A DNA stretch of 32,000 nucleotides from Candidatus Heimdallarchaeota archaeon (GCA_030668875.1 DAOVER010000011.1:47426-79425), one strand, 5' to 3'; positions 17,438 to 27,845 are shown, counted from the first letter of the stretch. Notes: generated by a model from the letters alone, not told the origin. Made by a program: numbers and translations.

Positions 17438-17920
17438 TTATCCACCTGGTGTACCATGCGTAAACGCATCTTTCCACATGTCATCCCAAATATCTTCTTC
17501 TATTAGAGTTTCCTTTTGTACTATGGTTTTGAATATCCATCTTAGCAATTCATGATGTCTGAGTTCATCTTCATAAATTGCTTTTATTACGATTTTTTCT
17601 TTATCATCAGAGCAACATAAGTTATCAAGAAAATCTTTGTATTGACTTAAAGCTTTAGCTTCCAAATCTATATGTTCCTGAACAGCTGCAGCTATTTCAT
17701 CTGATACTACTTCATCTATACCCGGAATAGGTCCAGTTAACCTGTCACGAAGAGCACAAAGCATTGTTTCATGTTTTTGCGAATCTAAAGCAACAGCTAA
17801 TATCATCTCCCTAATTAAGGGGTTTTTTACTCCTTTTACAATTTTATTCGCTGTTTCTACTATTTTCTTTTCTACTTCAATCTGTTCTTCAAAGAATGTT
17901 AATCTTTCTTCTTTACTCAT
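17438..17920 (-). CDS. Ferritin-like (rubrerythrin-type di-iron four-helix bundle) protein
   Basis: E...DSQKH...E...DELRH ligand pattern repeated over two helix pairs. GGTG SD supports ATG 17920. Confidence 0.8.
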   Translation of the reverse strand: MSKEERLTFFEEQIEVEKKIVETANKIVKGVKNPLIREMILAVALDSQKHETMLCALRDRLTGPIPGIDEVVSDEIAAAVQEHIDLEAKALSQYKDFLDNLCCSDDKEKIVIKAIYEDELRHHELLRWIFKTIVQKETLIEEDIWDDMWKDAFTHGTPGG

Positions 17921-18048
17921 AAATTGCACCAGTCAAATGTATATAATTCTTGGCTACTTTGAATATAATATATATAAAGATTCACAAGTATCAATTGATA
18001 CTCATGCTCATTTATTAGAAAAATCTTTTATGCACATCAAAATTCTTA

Positions 18049-19752
18049 ATGTTAATGAGCTTAGCAATAGATGTTCTATTAATCCTTATACCCTTTTTTA
18101 TTGGTATTGTTCTGCTCATTTTCTTTAAGTTTAAAGCTGACATGGTTGGAACAATAATCTTTGTTATTATTCTTATCATAAGTATTTTTTACTTCAATAC
18201 TGATTGGAAAATATCGTTTATCGTCTCCCTAGCTGGAATAATAAAGTCTTTTCCAATTTCCTTAATGGTTTTGACTTCAATTTTGATGATGACTTATATG
18301 GAGAGGACTGGAGCTTTAGCTAAGATAGTTGTTTCTTTTAAGAAAATTGGTGGAGGGAATCAAGCTTTTCAGATTATGATCATTAACTTAGCTCTTGGAA
18401 CCTTTCTAGTATCAATAGGAGCTACTCCAGTTACTATGCTACCGCCTGTTTTAGCTGCAATGGGGTACTCAGCTTTTGCTTCTGTAGCATTACCTGCTAT
18501 AGGTTATGACCCTTTATGTACTTACGCACTTTTAGCTATTCCTGCATCATTCTTTGCAGACTTCATGGGAATAACTTTAGTTGAATCAGGAAGAGCTTTC
18601 TCGTACTATATGCCATTAGTTACACTTGGAATAGCTTTGGGTATGTTATGGCTTGCTGGAGGGAAGAAATTGTTATTTAGCAAAGATGGGTTGTTATTTG
18701 GATTGCTTGGTGGATTAACAGCTGGTGGAACTGCTTTATGTACAAATCTTCTAACTCTTTTGCCGTTAGGTGGCTCTTTTTCTGAAGCCTTAGTTCTTTT
18801 AACTGGAGTTATTGCAGGATTAGTTACAGCAACAGTACTGATAATTATTGCATTAATAAAGAAAATAAAAATCATCGATGCAAGTATTTTGACAGATGAA
18901 GAAAAGGAAACAGATAAATCTATGTCATTGGTCAAAGCTTCATCACCTTGGTTGTTCCTAGTAATTTTTGTTATAATCACGAATCTTGTTCCTCCAATTT
19001 ACACATTTCTACATTCACTCCCCCTAACAGTTACTCTTGGAGAGATTAGGATAAATACTTCAATATTCTCTCATGCTTACTTTTGGGTAATAATAGCAAC
19101 TGTCTGCTCTATTCCAATCTTAGGAAGAGGAAAGCAAACAATGAAAGTTTGGATTAAAAGATCATACAGACCAGTTTATGCTGCAGCTATTTTCTTCGCA
19201 ATTGCTTATATTATAATTTATTCAGGAACAAATTATTCAAGCATAATTATGGATGGAAACATCATCTCTCAAATTTGGTTTAGGTTTTCTAATAATAATA
19301 TGATAAACATCCTTGCTTTAGCCTCAGCAGATATTTTTGGGAACATGTATCCTCTAATAGTTCCATTTATCGGATTATTTGCAGGTTTCATTAGTGGCTC
19401 TGAAACTTCTGCAATTGCTATGTTTACAAACTATCATGCAGAGACAGCAGCTGCTTTAGGGATAAGTGCTTTAGCAGTTGGGACAGCTAATGGGATTGGA
19501 GGAGGACTTGCATCAGTACTTTCTCCAGCTAAAATACAGAATGCAGCAGCTGTAATAGATCAAGTTGGAATCGAAGGAGAAGTGATAAAGAAGACAGCAC
19601 CAATTGCTATTCTTATGACTCTTTCAGTTGCAGCAATGTGCTTATGCTGGGCCAACAATTACATCTGGTGGAAATGGTTAATTGTATTCGGAATATTGTT
19701 AACAATATTAACAAGTCTTGGACTATTTATCTATTATCGCAAAGAGAAATAA
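18049..19752 (+). CDS. lctP: L-lactate permease family transporter
   Basis: SGSETSAIAMF and GGGLASVLSPAKIQNAA family motifs, with many hydrophobic segments. Confidence 0.82.
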   Translation: MLMSLAIDVLLILIPFFIGIVLLIFFKFKADMVGTIIFVIILIISIFYFNTDWKISFIVSLAGIIKSFPISLMVLTSILMMTYMERTGALAKIVVSFKKIGGGNQAFQIMIINLALGTFLVSIGATPVTMLPPVLAAMGYSAFASVALPAIGYDPLCTYALLAIPASFFADFMGITLVESGRAFSYYMPLVTLGIALGMLWLAGGKKLLFSKDGLLFGLLGGLTAGGTALCTNLLTLLPLGGSFSEALVLLTGVIAGLVTATVLIIIALIKKIKIIDASILTDEEKETDKSMSLVKASSPWLFLVIFVIITNLVPPIYTFLHSLPLTVTLGEIRINTSIFSHAYFWVIIATVCSIPILGRGKQTMKVWIKRSYRPVYAAAIFFAIAYIIIYSGTNYSSIIMDGNIISQIWFRFSNNNMINILALASADIFGNMYPLIVPFIGLFAGFISGSETSAIAMFTNYHAETAAALGISALAVGTANGIGGGLASVLSPAKIQNAAAVIDQVGIEGEVIKKTAPIAILMTLSVAAMCLCWANNYIWWKWLIVFGILLTILTSLGLFIYYRKEK

Positions 19753-19775
19753 AAATAAAAGATAACTAAGCATGG

Positions 19776-20138
19776 CTATTTTTCATTCTTAATAGCTTTT
19801 GTAATTATTCTTATGATGAAAACAACAAAGAACAGAACTAAAATATTTGCTGCAAGGAAACCAATTGAAAAAATTAATCCAATCCAGACTGATAAATATG
19901 GTACATAAAGATAAAAGATTGACAAACCTACTAATAGCTCATATATATTTGTAATCAACCACAACAAGTAGATTACTGTAACAAAACCAGTAACTATGTA
20001 TCCTAAAACCAAAACAAAACCTAATGCCGAAGCTTTGAATAATTCCGCATTACCACCTTCGGATACCTCTATATATTCATTAGAAACTTGATCAATCATT
20101 AAGATAAAATATGTGGAATTGATATAAACTTTTCTCAT
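19776..20138 (-). CDS. Small hypothetical membrane protein
   Basis: Two to three hydrophobic segments. Starts 13 nt after the GH38 stop on the same strand. Confidence 0.55.
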   Translation of the reverse strand: MRKVYINSTYFILMIDQVSNEYIEVSEGGNAELFKASALGFVLVLGYIVTGFVTVIYLLWLITNIYELLVGLSIFYLYVPYLSVWIGLIFSIGFLAANILVLFFVVFIIRIITKAIKNEK

Positions 20139-20150
20139 AAAAACAGTTTA

Positions 20151-22943
20151 TTACTCAAATTCCAATATTACTATTTCAAATGGGTTGAATGTCATTTCAA
20201 ACTTATTTATGACTAGTTGTTTTTGTTTTATCAGAGCACTATCAATTTTAATTTGCTGTATATATTTCAGCTTCCTGTCTAAAAATATAGTTGTATTTTG
20301 TTTGTTTTCATCAAGATTGTACAGAGTTGCTCTAATTTTTCCATTTTTCATTCTTAAGGATGATATTCTTATCCATGGATTATCAAATCTAATTATTGGT
20401 TGAATGAGTTTATCAGTCTTTTCGCTTATTTCTACTACAACACTTTTAGATTGGAGAGAAGCTACTTCTCCGTAATTTGATGAAACATACATTGGATCTT
20501 CTTTTGAATGCAGAATAATACTATATTCATATTCAAATTTTTCATTCAATTCCTGCGCTCCAGGAGTTTCTAAGAATGGTCCTGCATGAATTGGTCTTTC
20601 TGGGAAATCAGATCTCGATAGATATCCTGTTGAACGTAGCAGGGTTAAAGCTAATCGTCTACCTTTTGCAACCTCAATCTCTGGTAAACCTTTGTTAATT
20701 AGAGTAAGAGCTGATTTTCCTTTTTTATCCTCTAATCGAATGAATCTTTTTTGAGCTTGAATCCCAGAAGCAGCTTCAACAAAGCTATCATTACCTATAG
20801 GTTCAGTTTTTCTTTCCACAACTCCAAAATGGGTGGAAGTTAGAGAGTGGAGATTATAGTATGGAGTTTCGAAACAAATTCGAAGTCTGTGATCCTTAGC
20901 ATAATTAGCTAATTCAGTCCTAAAATCAATTCTAGGGGAATTTTTATGAAACGTGAAATATGTTATAACTGGTAACAAAGCTACTCCTTTTCTTCCATCT
21001 CTTTTATCATTTAACTCTTTTCTGATTTTCAAAAACATAGTTTGTTTTATCTCGTAGACTAATGGTCCCTTGGAAATAATTTTTCTTTTTACTTTTATTG
21101 GTTTTGTGAATTCAGGTAAAACTCGTCCAAATGAATATTCATCCCCTCTATCTCCGAAGTCTTCAAAGAAGTGAATATTTTCATAATGAGTATCATGTTT
21201 TTTATCTAACAAGGAAACTGATCCATCTCGTTTAAATCTGAACTCAAAGAACTCATTTTCTACGATATTTTTTGTGAAAATAATACTTTCAGCTGTAAAG
21301 GTTGATTCTTTTTTCTGCATAATTTGGAATCTATTGAAACTGAAGGATTGTAATGGTATTAAAGCTCCATAGGTCTGCTTTGAACCTCTTGTTGCTTTAA
21401 TGTGATATTTTTTGTATGTTTTATTATCAAGCAATTCTCGAGTTTGTTTTAACAGTTCTGTAACATCAAAATCCCCTATGGGTTCTTTATCCAAAATCAG
21501 GCGAACCTCACAAACATTAGGATCACTAGTCTCAATAATATGTGCTTCATTCAAATAGTCATCAATCAACTTTCTCCCTGGTAACAATTTCAATCCAGAA
21601 CGAAGCATGATTGGGCTCATTTTCAAGTCAAAAATGATATCCTCACCTGTTTCAAAAGGTTGTACCTCATATTCAATATTATCGTCTGATAGAAGACATT
21701 GAACCTGCATACTAGATGGGACAGAAAATTTACTCAATAAAGGAATATCTGAACAATTAGTGGGATTAAAAACAAGGAGTTGGCTATTAGTTTCTGTTAT
21801 ATTATTATTTTTGAGAGATAGTAAATCATTATCTAAGGATCCATCAGCTAAACTCTCGGCCCAATAGAAACGAGTCTTCATTTCTTCGTGAACTTGATCA
21901 ATACTACATCCACAAATCCCATCATGAGTATGGTTTTTGAGTAACCAGTTCCAGGCTAGATTAACATATTGCACTGGATACTCATTTAGCTTATTTAGAC
22001 TCATAATTGTAGCTATAGGCTCCACACAATTAATTAGAAGATCCTCTATTTTCTGGTTCCATTGCTTTATCCAAATACGAGTAGAATATGTATCTTGAAG
22101 AAGGGGAGCTGTAGCAGATGATCTGAATTCTCCTTTATGCTCTTGGGGGAGGTAATTATTCTGATTAACTGCATCGATTAAACTCTCAACATAATCGTTT
22201 AGTAAACTTAACTTAATGATTCTGTCATCTTCAGTATAAAATTTGATGGTATTTATTAATCTAGGATTAGGGAATTGGTGATCTGTGCCATTCATTAGAA
22301 GGTACACTGGAACAGGAGAATACTGTAGCAACTCATCAATATGTGCTTTTAATTCTTCTTTGAAGGTTGAAGGATCACCTGATAATCCTGCTGCGTTTCC
22401 GTAACCATGTGGCATATATACCGAAAAAAGTGAAGAAGAAGCTTTTGTGTGACTCTTCCAATAAAAAGGAACTGTTACGACTTCCTTTCCGACACCTCTC
22501 CACAGAACCGCAGCTTTGAAATTAGTTAAGTCTGTAATGATTTGAGGAATCGCTCTGGAATGTCCAAATTGGTCAGGAAGATAAGCTATATCCATCAGGG
22601 GAATGTCAAATTTCTGAGCTAAATCAAAACTTGTTTCAAGATTACGAATTAAGCTCTCTCCACCCACTAACCATTCATCAGGAAGAAGATACCATGGACC
22701 AACAGCAACTCGTCTTTTGCGAATCAGCTCAAGTAAAACTTCTTGTTTTTCGGGTCTTATTTCCAAATAGTCTTCAAGAACTATTGTTTGTCCATCAAGC
22801 ATAAAATAGTAGTCTTGATTTTCCATAATTTCAAGAATGTTATCGACTAAATCGATTAATTTGTATCTGAATGTTTGAAAAGGTAAATACCATTCTCGAT
22901 CCCAGTGAGTATGAGGTACTATGAATATTTTATCTGATGTCAT
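20151..22943 (-). CDS. Glycoside hydrolase family 38 (alpha-mannosidase / mannosylglycerate hydrolase-like)
   Basis: HTHWDREWY Zn motif, LDGQT, GPWY...GESLIRNL, nucleophile loop PDQFGH, NGTDH and HDGICGCS. No signal peptide. Confidence 0.92.
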   Translation of the reverse strand: MTSDKIFIVPHTHWDREWYLPFQTFRYKLIDLVDNILEIMENQDYYFMLDGQTIVLEDYLEIRPEKQEVLLELIRKRRVAVGPWYLLPDEWLVGGESLIRNLETSFDLAQKFDIPLMDIAYLPDQFGHSRAIPQIITDLTNFKAAVLWRGVGKEVVTVPFYWKSHTKASSSLFSVYMPHGYGNAAGLSGDPSTFKEELKAHIDELLQYSPVPVYLLMNGTDHQFPNPRLINTIKFYTEDDRIIKLSLLNDYVESLIDAVNQNNYLPQEHKGEFRSSATAPLLQDTYSTRIWIKQWNQKIEDLLINCVEPIATIMSLNKLNEYPVQYVNLAWNWLLKNHTHDGICGCSIDQVHEEMKTRFYWAESLADGSLDNDLLSLKNNNITETNSQLLVFNPTNCSDIPLLSKFSVPSSMQVQCLLSDDNIEYEVQPFETGEDIIFDLKMSPIMLRSGLKLLPGRKLIDDYLNEAHIIETSDPNVCEVRLILDKEPIGDFDVTELLKQTRELLDNKTYKKYHIKATRGSKQTYGALIPLQSFSFNRFQIMQKKESTFTAESIIFTKNIVENEFFEFRFKRDGSVSLLDKKHDTHYENIHFFEDFGDRGDEYSFGRVLPEFTKPIKVKRKIISKGPLVYEIKQTMFLKIRKELNDKRDGRKGVALLPVITYFTFHKNSPRIDFRTELANYAKDHRLRICFETPYYNLHSLTSTHFGVVERKTEPIGNDSFVEAASGIQAQKRFIRLEDKKGKSALTLINKGLPEIEVAKGRRLALTLLRSTGYLSRSDFPERPIHAGPFLETPGAQELNEKFEYEYSIILHSKEDPMYVSSNYGEVASLQSKSVVVEISEKTDKLIQPIIRFDNPWIRISSLRMKNGKIRATLYNLDENKQNTTIFLDRKLKYIQQIKIDSALIKQKQLVINKFEMTFNPFEIVILEFE

Positions 22944-23031
22944 ATTAACTTTCCCTTAAGATGAATAGTAATTGCAGTACAGAGAGAAAAAGTATATTTG
23001 TTAAGTTTTCGCATGAAATTCCATAAAAAAC

Positions 23032-23706
23032 TTAAGATTTCAACAAAGTTTTAGCATTCTCAATTAATTTAGGAGCAGTAGATGCACCGATACCTTTTAT
23101 CTTAACTAATTCATCAGGAGAAGCAGTAGCTAAGTCTTCAGCTGTTTTTATTTCTACCTCACGAAGAGATTGAGCCTTTTGTCCTACACCTTTGACACTT
23201 TCCACAGGAATACCCTTTTTAGCAACCTTCTTGGCCACTTTTACAGGCATTTTAGCTTTTGTTGGACCTAAAATCGCTTTTAATTCTTTCAGTTTGGAAG
23301 TTCTTAAGTCTCTTTCACCTTTCTTCATTTTCTTAATTGTTTTTAGAATATCTTCACTTCTTCGTACCATTTGAAGAAACTCTTTTTTATCCTTTGCTGG
23401 AGTTTCGTTTAGCATGCCTAATCCTTTTACAGATTCTAAGAATGTGATAGTTGAATCAACGACCAGCAATGGGTTATTTAACGCCATACTTTTTCTAAAA
23501 GCTACTTTTGAAAGCATCAAGCTTTTATCAAAATTGCCGTTTTTGTTTAAAATGTGACTGTTTAGAAGCATACAAGCCAATTTTTCGTCTTCGTTTAATT
23601 CAACGCCTTGTTCTAGTTCGTTCAGTTCAAACATAGCTTTTTCTAGTTCTCCTTTGTTCATGAGCTCTTCAATCTGTCCTAACCCATTCAAATAACTTCC
23701 AAACAT
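23032..23706 (-). CDS. Helical/TPR-like N-terminal domain fused to a double helix-hairpin-helix domain
   Basis: C-terminal VKGVG...DLATASPDELVKIKGIGASTAPKLI HhH pattern. Start uncertain (ORF track gives 23751). Confidence 0.72.
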   Translation of the reverse strand: MFGSYLNGLGQIEELMNKGELEKAMFELNELEQGVELNEDEKLACMLLNSHILNKNGNFDKSLMLSKVAFRKSMALNNPLLVVDSTITFLESVKGLGMLNETPAKDKKEFLQMVRRSEDILKTIKKMKKGERDLRTSKLKELKAILGPTKAKMPVKVAKKVAKKGIPVESVKGVGQKAQSLREVEIKTAEDLATASPDELVKIKGIGASTAPKLIENAKTLLKS

Positions 23707-23830
23707 AAGCCTAACCTCAACATTGTCCTCTTCGATTGAAGACAACAACATTAACTGAATCTAAATATACAAAATAGAAAAATAATAACTTTTCTATACT
23801 TTTTCAATTTCGAAATTATTTAAAACTTGA

Positions 23831-25906
23831 TTATAGAGTGAATATTTCATCAACAATCTCACGAATTTGTGAAAAATCTGCTTCATTGAGAGGTTTACTA
23901 GTTTTTCTAATACTTAGAAGAGAATTCCACAGCTGTTTTTTCGAGTTCAATGTAAATAGGGTTAAACTTAATTTGTTCTGAGCAAAGAATGATCTTCCTT
24001 TGAAAATATAGCAGAAAATCAAACCTTCTTGTGATTTTATCAATAGAGTGTAATCTTGATGTTTGATCCTCTCAATGTGACCACCCAACTCAAAAGTTTC
24101 TTTCATGAATGTATTAATAGCTGTGAGAAAACCACTAAGGAGAGTTTCATCATATCTTGATTCTAATAAGAAACGTTTAGTAAAAAGGTTTAGACCATTT
24201 TCCTCTAATATTAGCAAAAGAATCGGTTCTTCATGTTCTAATTCATGAAGATTAAAAACACCCTTTTTATCCATTTTATTTACTATGCTCTCTATTTCTA
24301 CGAGTTCCATCCTTTCTTTTATTGAAAGACCTTTAGAGCTATATTCCTCCCATTTTTCAAATTGCTCTAACAAAGAATCATGTTCGTTTGAAATTGTCAT
24401 AGCTAACTTAAGAAGCCCTTTCTCTTCAGCAAGAAGTTGAGCTTGAATCAGCAGTGCTTTTGCTTGATTAATGTCGAAATTCATGACAGATAATTTAGAT
24501 TTTAATAGATAAGATTGAACTAACAAGTAGTGAGAATTATTCATTTTTGCAAGTGACAATAATTTCTCAGTTAGTTCTTCAACCTCAGTTAATACACTCG
24601 GTTCACTTGTGGTTTTCAGTTCGAATAGAAGGAGTTCTGTCAGATATATCATTGCATTCATTGTGATGGAATAACGTGTAACTTTTTCATTGATTATCTG
24701 CTCAAATATCATCTGAGCTTTGAATTTATCCTTTAATCTTTTACTTGAAAATAATACTCTTCCCCGTACGGTATTGTAAAGTTGTTTGATCCTTAAACTG
24801 TCGCTGTTGGAACTTATATCTTCAAATATTGTTAGATATTCCTTAGCTTTATCCAGTGAACCACGATCAATGCAGGTAGAGATTAGAACATAGAGAGAAC
24901 GAGATATTGAGATGTTATCTTTAGACTCTTTGATAACTTCATAACTTTGATCACAAAAATCCATGGCCTTGTTGAAATCACCCATATCACGGTAGATACT
25001 GCCTATATTACATAATCCATCTGCTATAGTATTGGGATTGCCGATTTCCTTTCTTATTTCATAACACTGAAGATAAAACTCTAATGCTTTCTCAAGGTCT
25101 CCGCGTTCATGGTAAACACCACCCATGTTACAACGGATGTTAGCCATATCTGCATTGATTCCTAGTTCTTCTTTTAGAACCAAACTTTTTTCTAGATTGT
25201 GAAGAGCTAAATCGTATTCTCCTTGGTACATATAAGTCAAACCTATATTATTTAGAGCTTTAGCGATATCAAATTTATTCTCACATTCTTCATTAAGTTT
25301 AAGCCACTCTTGAAAATAATCTAATGCACTGTTTGTATCTCCTTCTGTAAAGAAAACTGATCCAAGCATGTTCAGAGATGTAGATAAAAGATGTTTAAAA
25401 CATGATTGTCCACTAATTTCTAGACAATGTATAAAGAACTCTTTTGCTTCCTTTATTTTTCCACTAAAATTCGCATGCCAACCTTTAAGAGATAGCAAAG
25501 TTGCTTTTCTCAATTGTAAATCTCTAGAAGAGAGTGTAGAAATAACTGAGGAGTTTTCTCCTACTTGTTCTATTAAGAAATTAACCATTTCATAATTACC
25601 AAGATTACGGTATGCTTCAGCAAGAGAGAGATTTGAATCGTATAACAGTAAAGCATCGCTTAATTTAGTGCTTTTTTCAACGGCTAATTGAGCTGATTGT
25701 AAAGCATCACGATATCTCCCAAGTTTTCCTAAAACAAAGCTATATGTTATGATCCAAGAGATTTTCTTTTGATCATTCTCTACTTCATCTAATTTAGCCT
25801 TTGTTAAGGATAAAGCTTGTTGATAATCACCCACACACAGCATTCTTTCAATTATTTCGAATTTCTTTTCACCACTGAAGAACAAAGTAATACCTCCATT
25901 GTTCAC
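23831..25906 (-). CDS. TPR-repeat protein with C-terminal longin-like domain
   Basis: Several MalT-type TPRs (ALNNIGLTYMYQGEYDLALHNL, CNMGGVYHERGDLEKALEFY). C-terminal ILEENG...LLSGFLTAINTF...HQDYTLLI. Confidence 0.8.
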   Translation of the reverse strand: MNNGGITLFFSGEKKFEIIERMLCVGDYQQALSLTKAKLDEVENDQKKISWIITYSFVLGKLGRYRDALQSAQLAVEKSTKLSDALLLYDSNLSLAEAYRNLGNYEMVNFLIEQVGENSSVISTLSSRDLQLRKATLLSLKGWHANFSGKIKEAKEFFIHCLEISGQSCFKHLLSTSLNMLGSVFFTEGDTNSALDYFQEWLKLNEECENKFDIAKALNNIGLTYMYQGEYDLALHNLEKSLVLKEELGINADMANIRCNMGGVYHERGDLEKALEFYLQCYEIRKEIGNPNTIADGLCNIGSIYRDMGDFNKAMDFCDQSYEVIKESKDNISISRSLYVLISTCIDRGSLDKAKEYLTIFEDISSNSDSLRIKQLYNTVRGRVLFSSKRLKDKFKAQMIFEQIINEKVTRYSITMNAMIYLTELLLFELKTTSEPSVLTEVEELTEKLLSLAKMNNSHYLLVQSYLLKSKLSVMNFDINQAKALLIQAQLLAEEKGLLKLAMTISNEHDSLLEQFEKWEEYSSKGLSIKERMELVEIESIVNKMDKKGVFNLHELEHEEPILLLILEENGLNLFTKRFLLESRYDETLLSGFLTAINTFMKETFELGGHIERIKHQDYTLLIKSQEGLIFCYIFKGRSFFAQNKLSLTLFTLNSKKQLWNSLLSIRKTSKPLNEADFSQIREIVDEIFTL

Positions 25907-26129
25907 TCAAATATGTCTCTTAATTTATTGTACTCTAATCTTCGATTATAATAAAATGTAGGTTAATACTAAAGCAATAAACAAGAATTAAGAAAAGAAA
26001 AAACTACTAAAAACAATATATCAAGTAATTATTACTCTCGAACACTAAGATTAATAATAGATTTGTTATGCTCGGAAAGTAAGCACTGTTAACATTATAA
26101 GTGTTTAACAAATTCCCAATGTGAGATAG

Positions 26130-27779
26130 ATGCAAAACGAGAATGAAGTGAAGTACCCAATAAAAAAATATACTAGACTAGTTTACTTAAGTGCAATACT
26201 CCTGATAGCTGGAGGGATATTAAATTTTGTAGATAAATATCTGTTCGGATGGTCCTCAGGGATAGAATATCTCGGTTATTTCTTCTTTGGACTAGTAACT
26301 GTAAGTTTAATTCCACTTGCTATTGCTCTTCGAGAGATAACCGACATCTATTTTGTAGATCATGTTACAAAAGAAGGTAAAGAAACAGCTCATTGGTTTT
26401 GGATTTATGGTGCATCAGTTGCTGTAAATTTTGTTGCATTGGGTTGGCCACTTATTGCTCCATTTGTAAGTGTAATCATAATTGTTGGAAGAGTTTTGGG
26501 TTTCTATAAACTTAACAAACTTTTTGACCGAATTAAGAAATTGTTTGACATCAAAATAGGTAGTGTCTTCTACGTTATCTTTGGTTTTTATTCAATTATA
26601 ATGTCAATTTTAGCTGGTTCAGCCACTTTGGCTTCAGATGTTGACTTTACATATTTCCTATTTGCTTTAGATGGTTTAATTGAGTCCTTATTGATAATTA
26701 TTGTTGCTGTCAAATTGATAATAGATTTCACAAGAATCCAGAAATTTGTTCTTATTGAAGATATTAAACCATATTCTGCTAAAAGCTCACTTTTCGTGAG
26801 AGATAGAAAGGATCACATGGAATTCTCAACAACCGCAGAACACGTTCAATCAAAAGTTAAGATTGCTCAACTACAAGAAAGAACAAGGTCCGTTCCTTCT
26901 GTGGTGCCTAAGAAGAAAACAGTCGAACAAGTACTTGTAAAGAAAATTGAGAAAAAGGAAAAAGAAGTTTATAATCAATACATAATCTGCCCAAAATGTA
27001 ATGAAAGAACTGATAAAAATATAGGTTTGTGCACAAATTGTGGGTTAGTACTTTCCAAGAAAGAAAGAAGAGAGATAGAAGAAAAGGCAAGTCTTGTTGG
27101 AGATGTAGCGCAGAAGAGCAAAAGAATTCTTTCAGTAAAGAAAGAAAAAATCCTACAACAAGTTGTAATAGCACTATTCCTAATAATATTCGTAACCTAT
27201 TCATTTGCAATCAAAAATCTACCTCTAATTACTTATTCGTGGATCATCATTGCAATATTTGTAACTTATTTGATTGTAAATTATATTCTGCTATTCCTTG
27301 TTGGAAGAGGTTTTGCGATTCTTACAGCTATTACTGATATTCTTTTCATGTTTGTAATGTTACCCATATTATCGGCTATATTTTCATTCTTTGCACTAAC
27401 ACTAGTTGTAGACACAATATCTGAAGGTATTTCAGATGAAGCTTTTCGAGGATCTCTAATAAGTCTAACAATTATATTAACAGTGTTCTTGATAATCCTT
27501 GTACTCCGCTTCAAAGTGAAAGGAGCAAATATGAACTTGAGAGAATATCTTCAATTTAGATTTGATTTCAAAGCTAGAGAAGCAGAATTGAATGTTGAGA
27601 AGAAAAGAGTGGAGAAAAAGAGAGCTAATTTTGATAATTTGGATAAAATTAAGGCTCATATGGTAAAACAAAGAGAAGGACGTGTGATGGATTATGAAAA
27701 CTTTGATTATAAAGAGAGACTAAAGGATCTAGGCAGTCCTCTCGAAGATATTGAACAAGATGATGATGAAGAAAGCTAA
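26130..27779 (+). CDS. Hypothetical polytopic membrane protein with internal Zn ribbon
   Basis: About 6 plus about 4 TM segments separated by a charged linker with CPKC...CTNC. Charged, acidic C-terminal tail. Confidence 0.75.
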   Translation: MQNENEVKYPIKKYTRLVYLSAILLIAGGILNFVDKYLFGWSSGIEYLGYFFFGLVTVSLIPLAIALREITDIYFVDHVTKEGKETAHWFWIYGASVAVNFVALGWPLIAPFVSVIIIVGRVLGFYKLNKLFDRIKKLFDIKIGSVFYVIFGFYSIIMSILAGSATLASDVDFTYFLFALDGLIESLLIIIVAVKLIIDFTRIQKFVLIEDIKPYSAKSSLFVRDRKDHMEFSTTAEHVQSKVKIAQLQERTRSVPSVVPKKKTVEQVLVKKIEKKEKEVYNQYIICPKCNERTDKNIGLCTNCGLVLSKKERREIEEKASLVGDVAQKSKRILSVKKEKILQQVVIALFLIIFVTYSFAIKNLPLITYSWIIIAIFVTYLIVNYILLFLVGRGFAILTAITDILFMFVMLPILSAIFSFFALTLVVDTISEGISDEAFRGSLISLTIILTVFLIILVLRFKVKGANMNLREYLQFRFDFKAREAELNVEKKRVEKKRANFDNLDKIKAHMVKQREGRVMDYENFDYKERLKDLGSPLEDIEQDDDEES

Positions 27780-27845
27780 TCTGTTAGAATTTCAGATTAA
27801 CGTTTCAAAGATAGTAATATAAACAACCTTACTCATTTCAGAAAA

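Noticed and set aside
23806-23817. Perfect 12-bp palindrome AATTTCGAAATT between the TPR and HhH genes
   Set aside because: AT-rich single instance with no second copy recognised.
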